Part shown: positions 1 to 11,704 of the stretch, one piece after another
Position numbering within the stretch: the first letter of the stretch is position 1
How the letters are laid out: each line of letters opens with the position of its first letter
Assembly: GCF_018977255.1 (NCBI RefSeq)
Contig: NW_024704743.1
Span: 77,254,001 to 77,318,000, forward strand
Length of the DNA: 64,000 nt
Origin: Callorhinchus milii
Lineage: Eukaryota
Direction of reading: 5' to 3'
Made by a program: the position numbers and the translations under genes
The notes under the pieces: model-generated
Database searches by the model: none
What the model was told of the DNA's origin: nothing
The model's input: the letters and a program-made list of their open reading frames with translations, nothing else

Positions 1-607
1 TAATGCACTCGCTTTCTAATATTCGCGAGTGGAACTGGTCCTGACATATATGCCCTATGTTGTTGAGGGAAACAAAATATTTTTGCCTTGTGTAAATGTT
101 AATAATGCAAAGAAAAAACATAAGTCCAAGAGTTCTTGCCTTAGATTGATTGAATAAAGCAAAATATATCACATGATAGCACGTGGAACTTGAGAAAATA
201 ACATTTACCTACCAAGAATTCTGAATGAATATGTTTCAGTGAGATGGTTTAGATAGATTTCTTTTTCTATCTATACGCACTTCAGGACAATAACCTGTCA
301 CTCAGAACAGATCAGCGCTCTCTAAAGTTGTCCACCATGCTACAAAGTTGATATTGGGGGAGGGGGTGGGATGGGGGAGAGACATGCTTTCTTTTCCAAG
401 GTAAACTATGTTCATGAATTATTGGAGAGGAACAAAATGTTTTTGAGCTCATCATATGTTAACCACTTGTTAACTGCACCTCTTGAGTCATGTTTACCAG
501 AACGAGGGATGACTGAAAGAATCAGGAAGTCAACTTTATGCAAAAGAAAAACAAGTTTTTCTTGGAGATAGGCAGTTAAACTTCCCAACTGTTATCTTGA
601 TTTTCAG
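1..607 (+). other. TFAP2A: 3' part of the last intron of TFAP2A
   Basis: Non-coding sequence ending in a pyrimidine-rich tract and AG directly before the AP-2 coding frame. Confidence 0.85.
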
Positions 608-899
608 ACAAATCTGCAAAGAATTTACAGACTTGCTGACTCAGGACAGATCGCCTTTGGGGAATTCTCGACCAGCGCCGATCTTGGAGCCTGGCATTCA
701 GAGTTGCCTCACCCACTTCAGTCTCATCACACACGGCTTCGGAAGCCCCGCTCTTTGCGCTGCTATGACCGCCCTGCAGAACTATCTGACCGAAGCACTC
801 AAAGCCATGGACAAAATGTACATGAACAATACTCCCAACAGCCACACGGGCGAAAACCCCAGTAAAAGCGGAGACAAGGACGAGAAGCACAGAAAGTAA
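608..899 (+). CDS. TFAP2A: Terminal coding exon of transcription factor AP-2 alpha (C-terminal helix-span-helix dimerisation region); upstream exons lie outside the window
   Basis: Acceptor ttttcag ends at 607. The exon reads (K)[99 protein letters not shown] at 897-899. This is the AP-2 family C-terminus; [19 protein letters not shown] and PNSH favour alpha over beta/gamma. Confidence 0.9.
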
Positions 900-1760
900 T
901 GGAAATAGCAAAACTACAATTTCATAACAAAATAAAAAAAGTTGTCATATAAGTGTGACTGTTTTCCCTCAACCTGGAGTCTGGAGCCTTAGAGAGCAGA
1001 GCAGGCGATGAAGAATTTTGAACTGCTTTTGGCAAAACAAAAAGTTTCTGAACTTTTTACCAAGTTAAAGTTTCATCGGACTGCACCCTGGTTGACATAT
1101 CCCGTTGTTTATCTCTGTTAGGATTGTAGTCACAGTCATTTAAAGAAGGTAACGAGGATACATTTTATCAGTATTGTGAATAAACTTGAACAGTTCCTCT
1201 GTCATAAACTTCGTTGTAGAAAAAATAATCCTCTAAGGTAACGGTCAACTTGAACATTTATTTCAACCCAGTTCACGGTTTAATAAGGGAAACAGTGTTC
1301 ATGTATGTATATATTTATTTATGTGTAATTTAATGGGAATTGTAAATATGGTGCGTCTGTTTAAACCTTTATTTTATTTATCTGGTGATATCGTTTACCT
1401 CCTGTTAGTGGGTTTTAATCTTCATCAGTTAGTTCTTTACGTGATTTTATGGTACTTATTTAGAAAGGTATTGGGTATACTCTGGGAGACACATTTTAGC
1501 CCTCTGTAGCATGTTGTGATGACAAGCAGTTGAACAAATCCAAGAGAGGAGAAAAAAAAGAGTTTTATATGATAAGCATCGAATTTAGTTTATAACAAGA
1601 CAGAACCCTGAATAAAAAAAACAATAATAATTAAAAAGAAGCATCTGCAATGTTTTGTGTTTTAAAATATCCCATGTGTTGTGACAAAGAAATTACCTGA
1701 CACCATGTCTCTTTCCCTACCGAAGAGCCAGAGCAATAAACTGATATTGTCTATAGAACG
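900..1760 (+). other. TFAP2A: TFAP2A 3' UTR (end uncertain)
   Basis: AT-rich and repeat-free after the stop. AATAAA occurs at 1179, 1611 and 1735; the last is followed by a T/GT-rich tract (gtttagtattttattgttg). Confidence 0.65.
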
Positions 1761-1780
1761 GTTTAGTATTTTATTGTTGA
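1735..1780 (+). terminator. Candidate polyadenylation signal with downstream U/GU-rich element
   Basis: AATAAA 1735-1740, then a T/GT-rich tract at ~1761-1779. Confidence 0.5.
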
Positions 1781-1939
1781 ACTGACAGCATTTGGGACGA
1801 CCTGATATCTTGTATGTCCGCTGGCCAAATTGGAAGCAGTTTTTAGCTGTATTATATAGAGTTGTGTTGGCAATAGTTTACATGCCTGTCGATGTATCAT
1901 AGCCCTTTGTTGCCCAGATAAATAAATATTTGATACGCT

Positions 1940-2200
1940 TTATGTCGATTTTTTTTATTCAGTGGCTGTCTTTGCCCAGGCGTATTTTTACTTGGCAGTA
2001 TTTTCCTCCAGCCCTTCAGTATGGTTGCAGTAATTGGGTTTAACTCTCCCTTGACAATTGCTCCCCTGCAATAAGCAGCTGAACCCATTGTTTCCCTCAA
2101 GTATAATAAAAACTTGAACTTTCAAGTTACGAGTTGAGCAGGCTCGTTCTGGTGGGTTATTGAGCCATAATCAAAATAAATGATAAAACAGGGAGAAAAA
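1940..2200. promoter_or_regulatory. Candidate conserved non-coding element just 3' of TFAP2A
   Basis: High-complexity, repeat-free block with TAATTG, GACAAT/CATTGT (SOX-like) and CAGCTG motifs. Conservation not tested. Confidence 0.4.
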
Positions 2201-5200
2201 AAGGAATGCATTGTTAAGGTCCTCAGTATCCTGAAATAATGTACCTAATGATGTGACAAGTCACTAAACAAACCTCGCAGATTTTCATGATACTGTGGTT
2301 ACCAAATGTCGTGTTTTGTTAACTCTTTAACAGCTCTGCTTCCTCATTAGTATTTTTTGTTGCAAAATAACAAGAAATGTTAAACACATTAATTATGTTC
2401 AAGTGGTTTCCGTGGGAGGCCAGCAAACGTGCTCAGAAATATTATGTACAGGGGTTTGCAACATATTGTACAAGATTTTTTTGTTTGGTGCTTTCAATAG
2501 ATTTAAAACAGTAAGATAGGAAGCGACATTACCGTTTTTATATTACATTCCAGCGGCTCTATGATTCGTGAATACAGTAATATACACACCATGCACACAA
2601 TAATGCTTCCAGCTCCAACGTGGAATAAGCTTTTAAGATGGGGGGGGTTCTTCTTTTAACAACAGGATCATTTGGGCGGTATTAACTGAAACATTTAATT
2701 ATTCTTTGTCAAGTGAAACTTGACTGTAGATTACATATCTGAAAATTCTGAGCCGGGTAAACCAGTCTGTGTATGTTTTTGACATGAATGAAATGCACAG
2801 TGCTAGCAGGTGAGGTGAAGCGTTGTCTATCAGGGCTGTTTTTCTTGGCTAGATCTCAGAGTGTGTGTGGGATACTGTACTTACCTCGGGCACAATGGCA
2901 TTCATAAACAGCATTACAAGTCTGATATTTATACAGGGAATAGACACAACCCCATTTTGGAACATCAAAGCACATTTATTGAATACCAAATGCGGTGTCA
3001 GACTGGAGATGTAAAACCTTGGAAGATATATTAATTTCAAATAGCGTTCAGTTGATAAAAAAATGCGTTTAAGCATTTGTGCGAATGTATAGCTTAACAA
3101 ACTGTGACATTTTTACGTTGTCCTTGAGTTGATTGTATTGCTTGTAGCGTTTTGAAGCAGCTGTAATATTTTCAGGAACTTCATTTTAGTATTTCAAAAT
3201 GTGATAAAGTTTCTAAAAGTTCAAAGGAAATGCTTATGAGGGGAGATGGTGTCACTTTGAAAATGTCCTTATCTTGTTGATTTGACTTTTGGTCCTGGTT
3301 GTGCCCTAATCGTACGAAATCTATGTTAATGGACAACCATTTCTAACAATTTCCGATTGTGAACAATTTAGCCTGTCTGTAAGTGACATTGTTTCATCTG
3401 TCTTTTAAAATAATATTGTTAAATCCCAATTAACCTTTTTTAATGATGTTCTCATCTGGTATTATATAGTACTGCTTCGTATGGAGAGTAATGAACCAAG
3501 TTTGTAAACCAACGAATCTCGTAGAATTAAATAGCAAGAATCATCCAGTTATTTTGACAATCCACAAGTAAGAGGGTTCAAAGCAGAGGATTGTCACTAA
3601 CAAGAACGGTGGTTTGTTTTGCAGCTACTGTGCTTTTGGTGGGATGAGTGGTCTCTCTTGTATAAATTTGTGCTAGGCTTCATAACTGTGTGAAAACGTG
3701 TTGGCCCACCGTTGTCTTTTAGCACTGCGTGTGTTTATGGGGAGGGTTAGGGTTAATTAGCGCCATTATCAATCATTAATGCTTGCCTAACGTGTCTAAG
3801 GTATAATCAAGTTAGAGGACTGGAGTCAACATCTGCTTAGTTCCAATTAAATATTTTATGCTAAATCATTTATTATTGGAAAAGCTAGCTACGCTTCCCC
3901 ACAGAGTATGGTTGTCTTTGTACTCGTATCAAAATAAAGGGTGCACAGTTGGTAAAAAAAAAGAATGCCCATTGCAAAAAAAAATAGCAGTTGCAAAGAA
4001 TTATAATTGTTTCACTTTTTGGTTCTGTTATTTTTTAAACAAAAGGCCACTGTTGAAACAGTGAGTGCTGGGGATAACATGGGTGCATTGCTTTGGAGAA
4101 AATAGTGTGCGGGCAGTTTTCGGAAGCTACATTACTAACAGGAATACAGTTATTAACCTGAGGGTATTCAGCAACCACTGTGCAATAATTCAGCTCGCTC
4201 GCATTTTCAGGGTCGGTAGCCTGTTCAAGCCAGTATGTCCCATGATGTCACCAGCCCTTACCCCGTTTAACCAAAAGTGCACCAAAGCGGAGAGAACAAT
4301 TCAAGAGATATTGCAGTAAGATATTAAAGTGTACCAATGTAGCTTCGATTTTTAACAACTCCCTTTAACAAGAGTTAAAGTGAAAGTCAGGGCAAATAAA
4401 GGAATCGATTGTACAGCAGTAAGTGGAGCATTTTGCATGTGTGCAGTTCAGCTGACTGGAGAGAACGACTGACCTTTCCCAAAACTCGTGGCATCTGTAA
4501 AAAAATAATCTGGAGTTGTTGGGCTCAGGACACATCTCTATAGCCCAAGAGACGTAGCGGTGTGGTTTCTTATCAGCCAAACATCATCGTGTCCTTGTGT
4601 TTAATCAATTCTTTTTATATTCTGAGACTGTAGGAATCAGCACTTAAGCCATTATATAGCACACAGTAAAACAAATGGTATGGATGCGTTTGGATAATGA
4701 AATAGATAGCGTCTTTGGCAAGAGGCGGATGCCATCCAGTGTAGGGTTACCAACCAATTAAACCGGGTGACGCTGTAGTGAGATAATTAGCATTTCGCTT
4801 CGGAACATTTCTCCCCTTCACTTTGCATTTCAAAGATGCCTTTGTTTTTTTTAGATTGGGCTAGTGATTTTAATTGGCACTGGGCTGATGTGTTCCAACC
4901 TAAAGTTCTCGGTATTCGTTTGCAATCCCCCTCCCCCGCCCACACTATCACGCACCTGCCTGAGCGAGTGCCAGCACTGCAGAATAAGGAGAGGAATTGG
5001 ATGGTCAGAAGTTGGTCTGGTTTAAGATGCAAAATAAAACGCGCGTTAAATAATTCTTGCAAGAGTGCTTCGTCTCGGGTTTGCAATGTGTAACTTGTTT
5101 TTCTTTATTTGTAGGTCATTGCTGTGGATACAGGATAGGTTCAATTGCCCTTTCTTGGCAGGTAGATTTGTATTTATAACTCTAATATTCACCGCTTCTA

Positions 5201-5827
5201 ACGTTTCTCGAAGCTCTGTGGTGCAGTGGCACATTGATTTGGTTTCGGATGATCCCCGGGATATGGTTATGATTTCAAGTTTCATTTCAGATTGCTTTAG
5301 ATTGATTACACCAGTAAGCCAGGATCATTTGTTTAGCAAAGTGTCGTACCACACCACAGCACGGCCACACGTGCGCCCCTTTCCCCCTCTCTGTCCTCCT
5401 TGAAAGGCTTTTCTTACATTGTAAGATGGGTCGCTTGCTAACTATTAAGCGCAATTTATCACGTTGATCTACATATATATATATATTAAATAACAAGTAG
5501 CTTATCGCCCTGATTGATTCTACAATGACTTTAATTTTAAAGAAAAAAAAGTTTGTCAGAGGATGAATATATCAAAATAGCTGACCTGCATTTCTGTCTG
5601 TTTGGACTCCCAAGTTGCAGACTGTTAAGCATTGCCCCAAACACCTTGAACAACCCGCTTCATTTGTTTTGAAGCAAAAAAAAACACAAGCCAAGCAATT
5701 TTATACAATATGTGGATCTCCCCCCCAACCCACCCCAACGACCTCCTCCAATGGTACAATTATTGAATGTCGGCTGTTTTGCACAAGGCAACTTTAAACG
5801 TCAGTAACAAGTGAAGCATATAAAGAG

Positions 5828-5847
5828 GTGTGTGTGTGTGTGTGTGG
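5828..5847. repeat. (TG)n microsatellite
   Basis: Directly visible. Confidence 0.9.
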
Positions 5848-6177
5848 GTGGAGGTGAGCAGAGGATCACACCCTTAATAAATATGTTGATCGCGTCAGCA
5901 AAGCTCTGCACACGATCCCGCAAACCAAAGCTGCTGCTCTGTGTGCCTGGACTAACATGATTGTGTTGTATAAATAGCAGGCACTGACTCGGTGGATCTT
6001 TTCTGACACCTTGGCGAACACTTCACCCAAACTCCTCTCGGCGTATCTTCGGGTTGCCATAATCCAGCAAAACACTATTTCCGCGATTTATCTGAAATCG
6101 CTTGAAAACTGTCACCTCCGATGCAATTTCAAAACATATTACTTTTCCAAAACAAGTAGGAAATGCTGTGTAACAGC

Positions 6178-6208
6178 GTGTGTGCGTGTGTGTGTGTGTG
6201 TGTGTGTG
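6178..6208. repeat. (TG)n microsatellite
   Basis: Directly visible. Confidence 0.9.
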
Positions 6209-7449
6209 AGTTTAGAAGTGTGATGTTCCTTAATAATGATTACAGAAAGGCTGCGACTCTTTGGAAAGCTAAAATAATTAAGGTGGACACGTATTAACAT
6301 TGAAGCATGCAATGATCTCTTTGAGTTTGGGACTACACCTAAGATTATGTATCTCTTTGTTGTACATTCGCTTTATTGTGCATACTACTGAATAAGGAGC
6401 TTCTGTATTTTGTTACAAGCAAACGTAGCGCAGGGTTTACAAGTGAGTACAGGTATCGAGAATGTGCTGTGTTCAGGTACCCGTTTTAATGGAGCATTGC
6501 TGCTGGTGTGAATTTATGCGCTTTAATGGATCTGTTAAGGCATTCGCTTAACACTGCAACGTTAGTCTGTTGCAAGTCCTCGTTAGAAGGTTCTGAAATG
6601 TGAGCGAAACAATTGCCATTTAAATCGGAAATGTCACGTTTTCTAATGACAGTGAGGGATAGCACATCTGGTTACTCTTGTACTCAACCTGTACCTCACG
6701 AACTTCCCGAGTCGTAATGTATACGCGATCCCTGGACAGTGCAGGGTGTCTGACCATGTGTATTTTGGGATTGTGTTCTTACTGTCCGCTCCTCAGCTCC
6801 AGTTATCTGCAGTGTGGAACAGGTGCATCCCATGGGCTCCACCATCTTATCTTGAGGCTGCAATTTCAATTCCATTCCCCACAAATAACCAGATATGCTG
6901 TACTTCACTGTGCTCCCGTTTTAAAGCTGCAATGTTGTATGTAGTGCTCCCGTTTTAAAGCTTCAAGCTGTCTAAAAATCAGTTTGATCCTGAAACAAGG
7001 CGTTCCCATTTGGTGTGTGTCAGGATCAAGCTCCAGGGGACTGCTTCTCTGATCAATGTAGCTAGGTGCCTGAAGGAGCACAATCTGCGGGCTTCAACTA
7101 GATGATCTCAGTGGTAATCACAGACGAAATATGCTTCAAGGTAATGTAAAAAAAAAGTGAAAATACAATGGAATTTAATATAATTGGCTCAAGGTTATAA
7201 CTGAATGGAGTGGCCTTCAGATCAGTCATCAAAGTTCAACTTGAGTAGTTAAATAGTCACTTGAACAATGAGGTTTGTATAGTTTTAATAAAAACAAGTT
7301 AATAATTATTTCTCGTTGTGTTATTCACATGTGTTTGTTTTGTTACTTACAGGGTTTTGGCTGCCTGGCTTCAGTTTTTGGCTCTGTTATCAGATTGATT
7401 AACCAACAGTTTGTGCACGTAATAATCCTTCCAAATAATAATCCGTGCA

Positions 7450-7735
7450 ACTTGATATAGTGCATTATCACATCGTTGAAACATCTCAAAGCACTTCACA
7501 GAATATGCTAAAAAGTGGATTGACTGTGTATTTGTGGTCGAAACATGACAGCCAATTCAGCACAGCAGTGTCCCACAAATAGTCGTGGATTGAGCTGACC
7601 ATTTGTTTTGGAGGGATTGTTACCCCAGGAAAGTAATTCACCAATCGACTAACAACTGGGTTCCTACTTACTGTTAGATAAATAGAAGGGTATGGAGCAA
7701 GGAAACTTGCCTAAGGTTTCATCCCACACTGGAAT
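7450..7735 (-). mobile_element. tRNA-derived SINE, long (undeleted) variant, 5' truncated
   Basis: Reverse complement matches the SINE at 11383, plus an extra central segment also present at 59920-59959/60611-60640. Confidence 0.75.
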
Positions 7736-8534
7736 ATGTGCGTGTCGGTGTGTGTGTGTAGGGTGGGAGTGGGGGGAGGGGAAAGTCAACTCCTGTTCAC
7801 AGTGAAACAGCATAATATGACACCTGCAGACAGGCATTTCATACACAGTGCTACCAGCAGAAATCTTCTCTTTGCACTCTGTAATAGTGAAATACATTTC
7901 TTAGCAAGTTGGCTCAATAGACTGGGACTAAGTCAATATGTTTAGTCAACTCTATAGGATACGATCTCGTCATTTAAGTTTCTGTATATGCAGAGCTGTG
8001 CTTCGATGCAAGTACTTGTAACATGTAAAGTGGTGCTATTTCTCAGTGGGCCAAATTTTCCACCACAGACATCTGGCTTCTGATGTCAGTCATGGCACCT
8101 GTAGCAGAAAATAGTGCTTTCCACATGGCAGCAGGTCAGATGTTATTTCTACCATTCAGGTTAGGACTTCTTGATTTAGTTGGAAGTGATTATGATAAAG
8201 TAACCTCATCTCCATTTAGTCTTTGTCTATAAAACAATGTTATTTTAAAATTTAAGATACAATTCTTAAAATTGTGAAGAATTGTGGAATATTTTTTTAA
8301 ATTCAGTCTTAATTTGCTATCCGGATCTCTTAAGAATGATGGAAAAAAGGCTTCCAAGTAAAAATGAAACTTAAAAATTTTGTACAATTCCGTTTGATCT
8401 TCGCTTTCAAGTGAAAATGGTCTTCCAGGTAAGACAAGGTGAAAATTTGCACTGAGAATACACAACTGATTTATAACATCATCTGAGCCCCTTGTTGAAA
8501 ATATTTTATTGTATTCACTTTCCTTTCCTTGTCC

Positions 8535-10032
8535 ACCAGTTCGGTTCTCACCCCCCTAAAACAGCCGTCATCACCCCCATCTTGAAAAAACCTTCCCTGG
8601 ATCCATTCGTCCTCTCCAGCTATCTCTAACCTCCCATTCCTCTCCAAGGTCCTGGAATGAGTTGTTGCGTCCCAACTCCGCTCCTTTCTCTCTCACCATT
8701 CCCTCTTTGAACCCCTCCAATCCAGCTTCCGCGCTGCCCATGGCATGGAAACAGCCCTGGTCAAAGTCACTAATGACATTCTGAACATCTGTTCTGATCA
8801 GAGCTTCCTCTGCCTCCTTGTTCTCCTCGACCTCTCTGCTGCCTTCGACATTGTCAACTATTCCATCCTCATACACCAACTCTCCGCTTTACTCAATCTT
8901 CACAGATCTGCCCTTGCCTGGTTCGATTCCTATCTCTCTCACCGTCTCCACTTTGTTGCCTCTAACGGTTTCTCCTCCAGCCCCCGCACTGTCACGTCAG
9001 GGGTCCCCCAGAGCTCTGTCCTTGGCCATCTCCTCTTTAATATCTACATGCTCCCCATTGGTGACATCGTCCGCAGATATGGGGTCAACTTCCTCATGTA
9101 TGCAGATGACACCCAACTCTATCTTTCTGCCTCCATCCTCAACTCCAGGACCACTGCTGTCCTGACAGACTGCCTTTTGGACATCAAGTCCTGGATGAGG
9201 GAAAATTTTCTACAGTTGAATGTGAACAAGACTGAGGCCCTCCTAATTGGCTCACGTCAGCGCCTCAGCACCTCAGGCTTTGGCAATATCAACCTCCGTG
9301 GTTGCACACAACAACTCACCAAGCCAGTCAGGAACCTCGGTGTCTTGTTCGACCCTCAACTGTCTTTTCTTCCCCACGTCTTAACAATGACCCGCTCTGC
9401 CTTCCGTCACCTCCGTAATATCGCCCGACTCCACCACTACCTCACCCCTCAGGCCGCTGAAACTCTTGTTCATGCCTTCATCACCTCCAGGCTTGACTAT
9501 GCAAATGCCCTGCTTGTCGGCCATCCCAGATAATCCAGAACTCTGCAATCCGTGTCCTCTCCCGTACCAAACTCCGTGACCCCATCTCCCCCATTCTCGC
9601 CCGACTCCATTGACTCCCTATCCTTCAGAGGATCCAGTTCAAGATCCTGGTCCTCACATACAAAGCCCTCCATGGCCTCGCCCCACTTTACCTCTGCGAC
9701 CTCCTAACCCCCTACCAACCCACCCGTTCCCTCCACTCACCCGGCTCCGGCCTGCTCCACATCCCCTGACCATTGGCGGGAAAGCTTTCAGTCACTCTGC
9801 CCCCAACTCTGGAATTCCATCTGCCAGTCACTCTGTCTCGCCCCCGCCTTAGCTTCCTTCAAGTCCTGCCTCAAGACCCTCCTCTTCGACCATGCCATCG
9901 GCCACCCCCGTTACCCTCCCTTCTCCCCCCGACCCTAGCTGACCCTAGTGAAATGCTGTACACTGTCCAGCACCTTGGGATGTCCTCCCAACGTGTAAGG
10001 CGCTATACAAATCTAATCTTGTTGTTGTTGTT
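8535..10032 (+). mobile_element. 5'-truncated L2-clade LINE (RT domain, 3' UTR, (TTG)n tail)
   Basis: ORF 8745-9533 contains LVLLDLSAAFD, GVPQSSVLG, YADDTQLYLS, NFLQLN, VRNLGV and SRLDY. An upstream stop and downstream frameshifts are present; tail cttgttgttgttg. Confidence 0.95.
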
Positions 10033-10247
10033 TCCCCTGTTGATCTTTCTCAGTATAATATTTATTCTTATTCTCTGCAGTTTATCTTGCTGTAAAAATA
10101 CTCTAGTTGACATGGGAAAGCACTCCGAGATGCTACCCCACATGAAGGGTGCTCCATAAAAGCAAGTTGTTGTTGTAGTTAGGATGTCATCATACATCAG
10201 CTCCGGGTTGCTAGTGTCCATCACAACTTGTTCGGGTTCACCTACAA

Positions 10248-10632
10248 TGTGCCAGCTTGGCTCACTCCTGCCTTTGAGTCAGAAGTTTGTGGGTTCAAAT
10301 CCCACATCGGGATTTAAACTGACACTCCAGTGCAGTGCTGGGATGTATTGCATTGTCGGAAGAGGCGTTCTTCAGATGAGATATTAAACCAAGGTCCTGT
10401 CTGCCTATTCCGGTGGATGTTAAAGATTTGTGTGACATTGCTGTGCACAATTTTTCTGCTGTGTTTGCCATCAAATATGCATTCCCTCCATTTCACAGTA
10501 ATCCCTATGAAGCGCTTTCAGACGTCCTTCTGACTTTCTTTCTTATTTATTATTAATTTTATAATATACAGTCACTCTACTTTACAGAGTCCTCCTCCTT
10601 ACATGAAAGCACTATATCAAATATAATAATAA
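10248..10632 (+). mobile_element. Degenerate DeuSINE-type tRNA SINE (internally deleted, second tail)
   Basis: Head gagtcagaag..gggttcaaatccc and Deu-like core cagatgagatattaaaccaaggtcctgtctgcc..ggtggatgttaaagat shared with many copies in the window. Confidence 0.75.
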
Positions 10633-11382
10633 CCCTTGTTTGCTTGTGGCATCACAACACTTAGTCCAGGCTAAATTACAATGTGGAGGAAAAAAAGAGA
10701 AATATTTCTCCATCAATTCCAAAGTGTCAATTGATAATTGAGATTATTTCAAGCAATAATCTAAATGTGGGGTGGAAATGACAGTTCTAAACTGCCTGAC
10801 CTTTGCTTTTGTGTACATGCTTTCATGTGAACTCCATAAAGAGATTCTTCCTCAGAATATTTACTCCAGATTTTACTTTCTTTAAATTTGGTTCTTATTT
10901 CTGCAGAACTTTTGAAAGAAATTTGCAAGGTATGTTCTCCTCTCAACAAAATAGGTGCTGTAAGATACCTGCTCCATCTCCAACGCTGACTCCATCACTG
11001 CATAGGTAACCATTATTGCTGTGCTATTATCTAACATGTTTTTGTTATTCAAGCAATTGTTTTAAACTTTGTTTTAAACATATTTGTGCTTCAGACCTTG
11101 CAATTTAACATGTTTAGCTGGAAAGTAATATTAGGCTAAATGCTATAAGATATTTTATACACATCTAATTTTTTAATAAATATTCTACAGAGAAATGTTT
11201 AATAAGTCTCCAAAAATACTGAACATAATTTGTGCTGCTTTTACGTGAGTTCATTATGTCCTTGGAATGCTAATACTGGTCTCTCTTTTATGATACTGTA
11301 ACATATGCTATGTATTCTTTTCCATTTGTCCGTTCCTAATGCTAAAATTTGCATTCCTTATATCCATGCTCTTATTCTGCTC

Positions 11383-11704
11383 GGAGTCCTGTAGCTCAGT
11401 GGTTAGAGCACTCGCTTTGCAAGCGAGAGACCTGAGTTCAATTCCAGACAGGGCGAAACCTTGGGCAAGTTTCCTTACTCCACACAGAGCCTAATAATAA
11501 TCCCTCCAAAACCAAAAACAATAATAAATTGGTCATTTTCAATCTACGACTGTTTGTGGGACATTGCTGCGCGCAATTGGCTGCCGCGTTCGCCCACAAA
11601 TATACAGTCAATTCACTTTACAGTATATTCTGTGAAGCGCTTTGGGACATCTAGAAGACGTGAAAAGCACTATATCAAATGCAAGGATTATTATTATTAT
11701 TATT
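11383..11704 (+). mobile_element. Young full-length tRNA(Ala-TGC-like)-derived SINE with (TTA)n tail
   Basis: A box TAGCTCAGTGG, anticodon arm CTCGC-TTTGCAA-GCGAG and B box GTTCAATTCC. Body near-identical to the copies at 24957 and 30063. Confidence 0.92.

Noticed and set aside
597..607. ORF-track start MIFR for the AP-2 ORF
   Set aside because: These codons are intronic; the exon begins after the AG at 606-607.
576..911. 111-aa antisense ORF overlapping the AP-2 exon
   Set aside because: Shadow of the real coding exon; no recognisable product or independent signals.
4725..4745. CTCF-like motif (also ~37190)
   Set aside because: Too many mismatches to the core consensus to support by eye.
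8745..9533. Intact reverse transcriptase gene / retron-like system (also 40073-40738)
   Set aside because: 5'-truncated L2 copies with stops and frameshifts, no endonuclease domain and typical LINE tails.
11385..11457. Apparent tRNA-Ala(TGC) gene
   Set aside because: The cloverleaf is imperfect and continues directly into a SINE body repeated several times in the window, so it is a SINE head.
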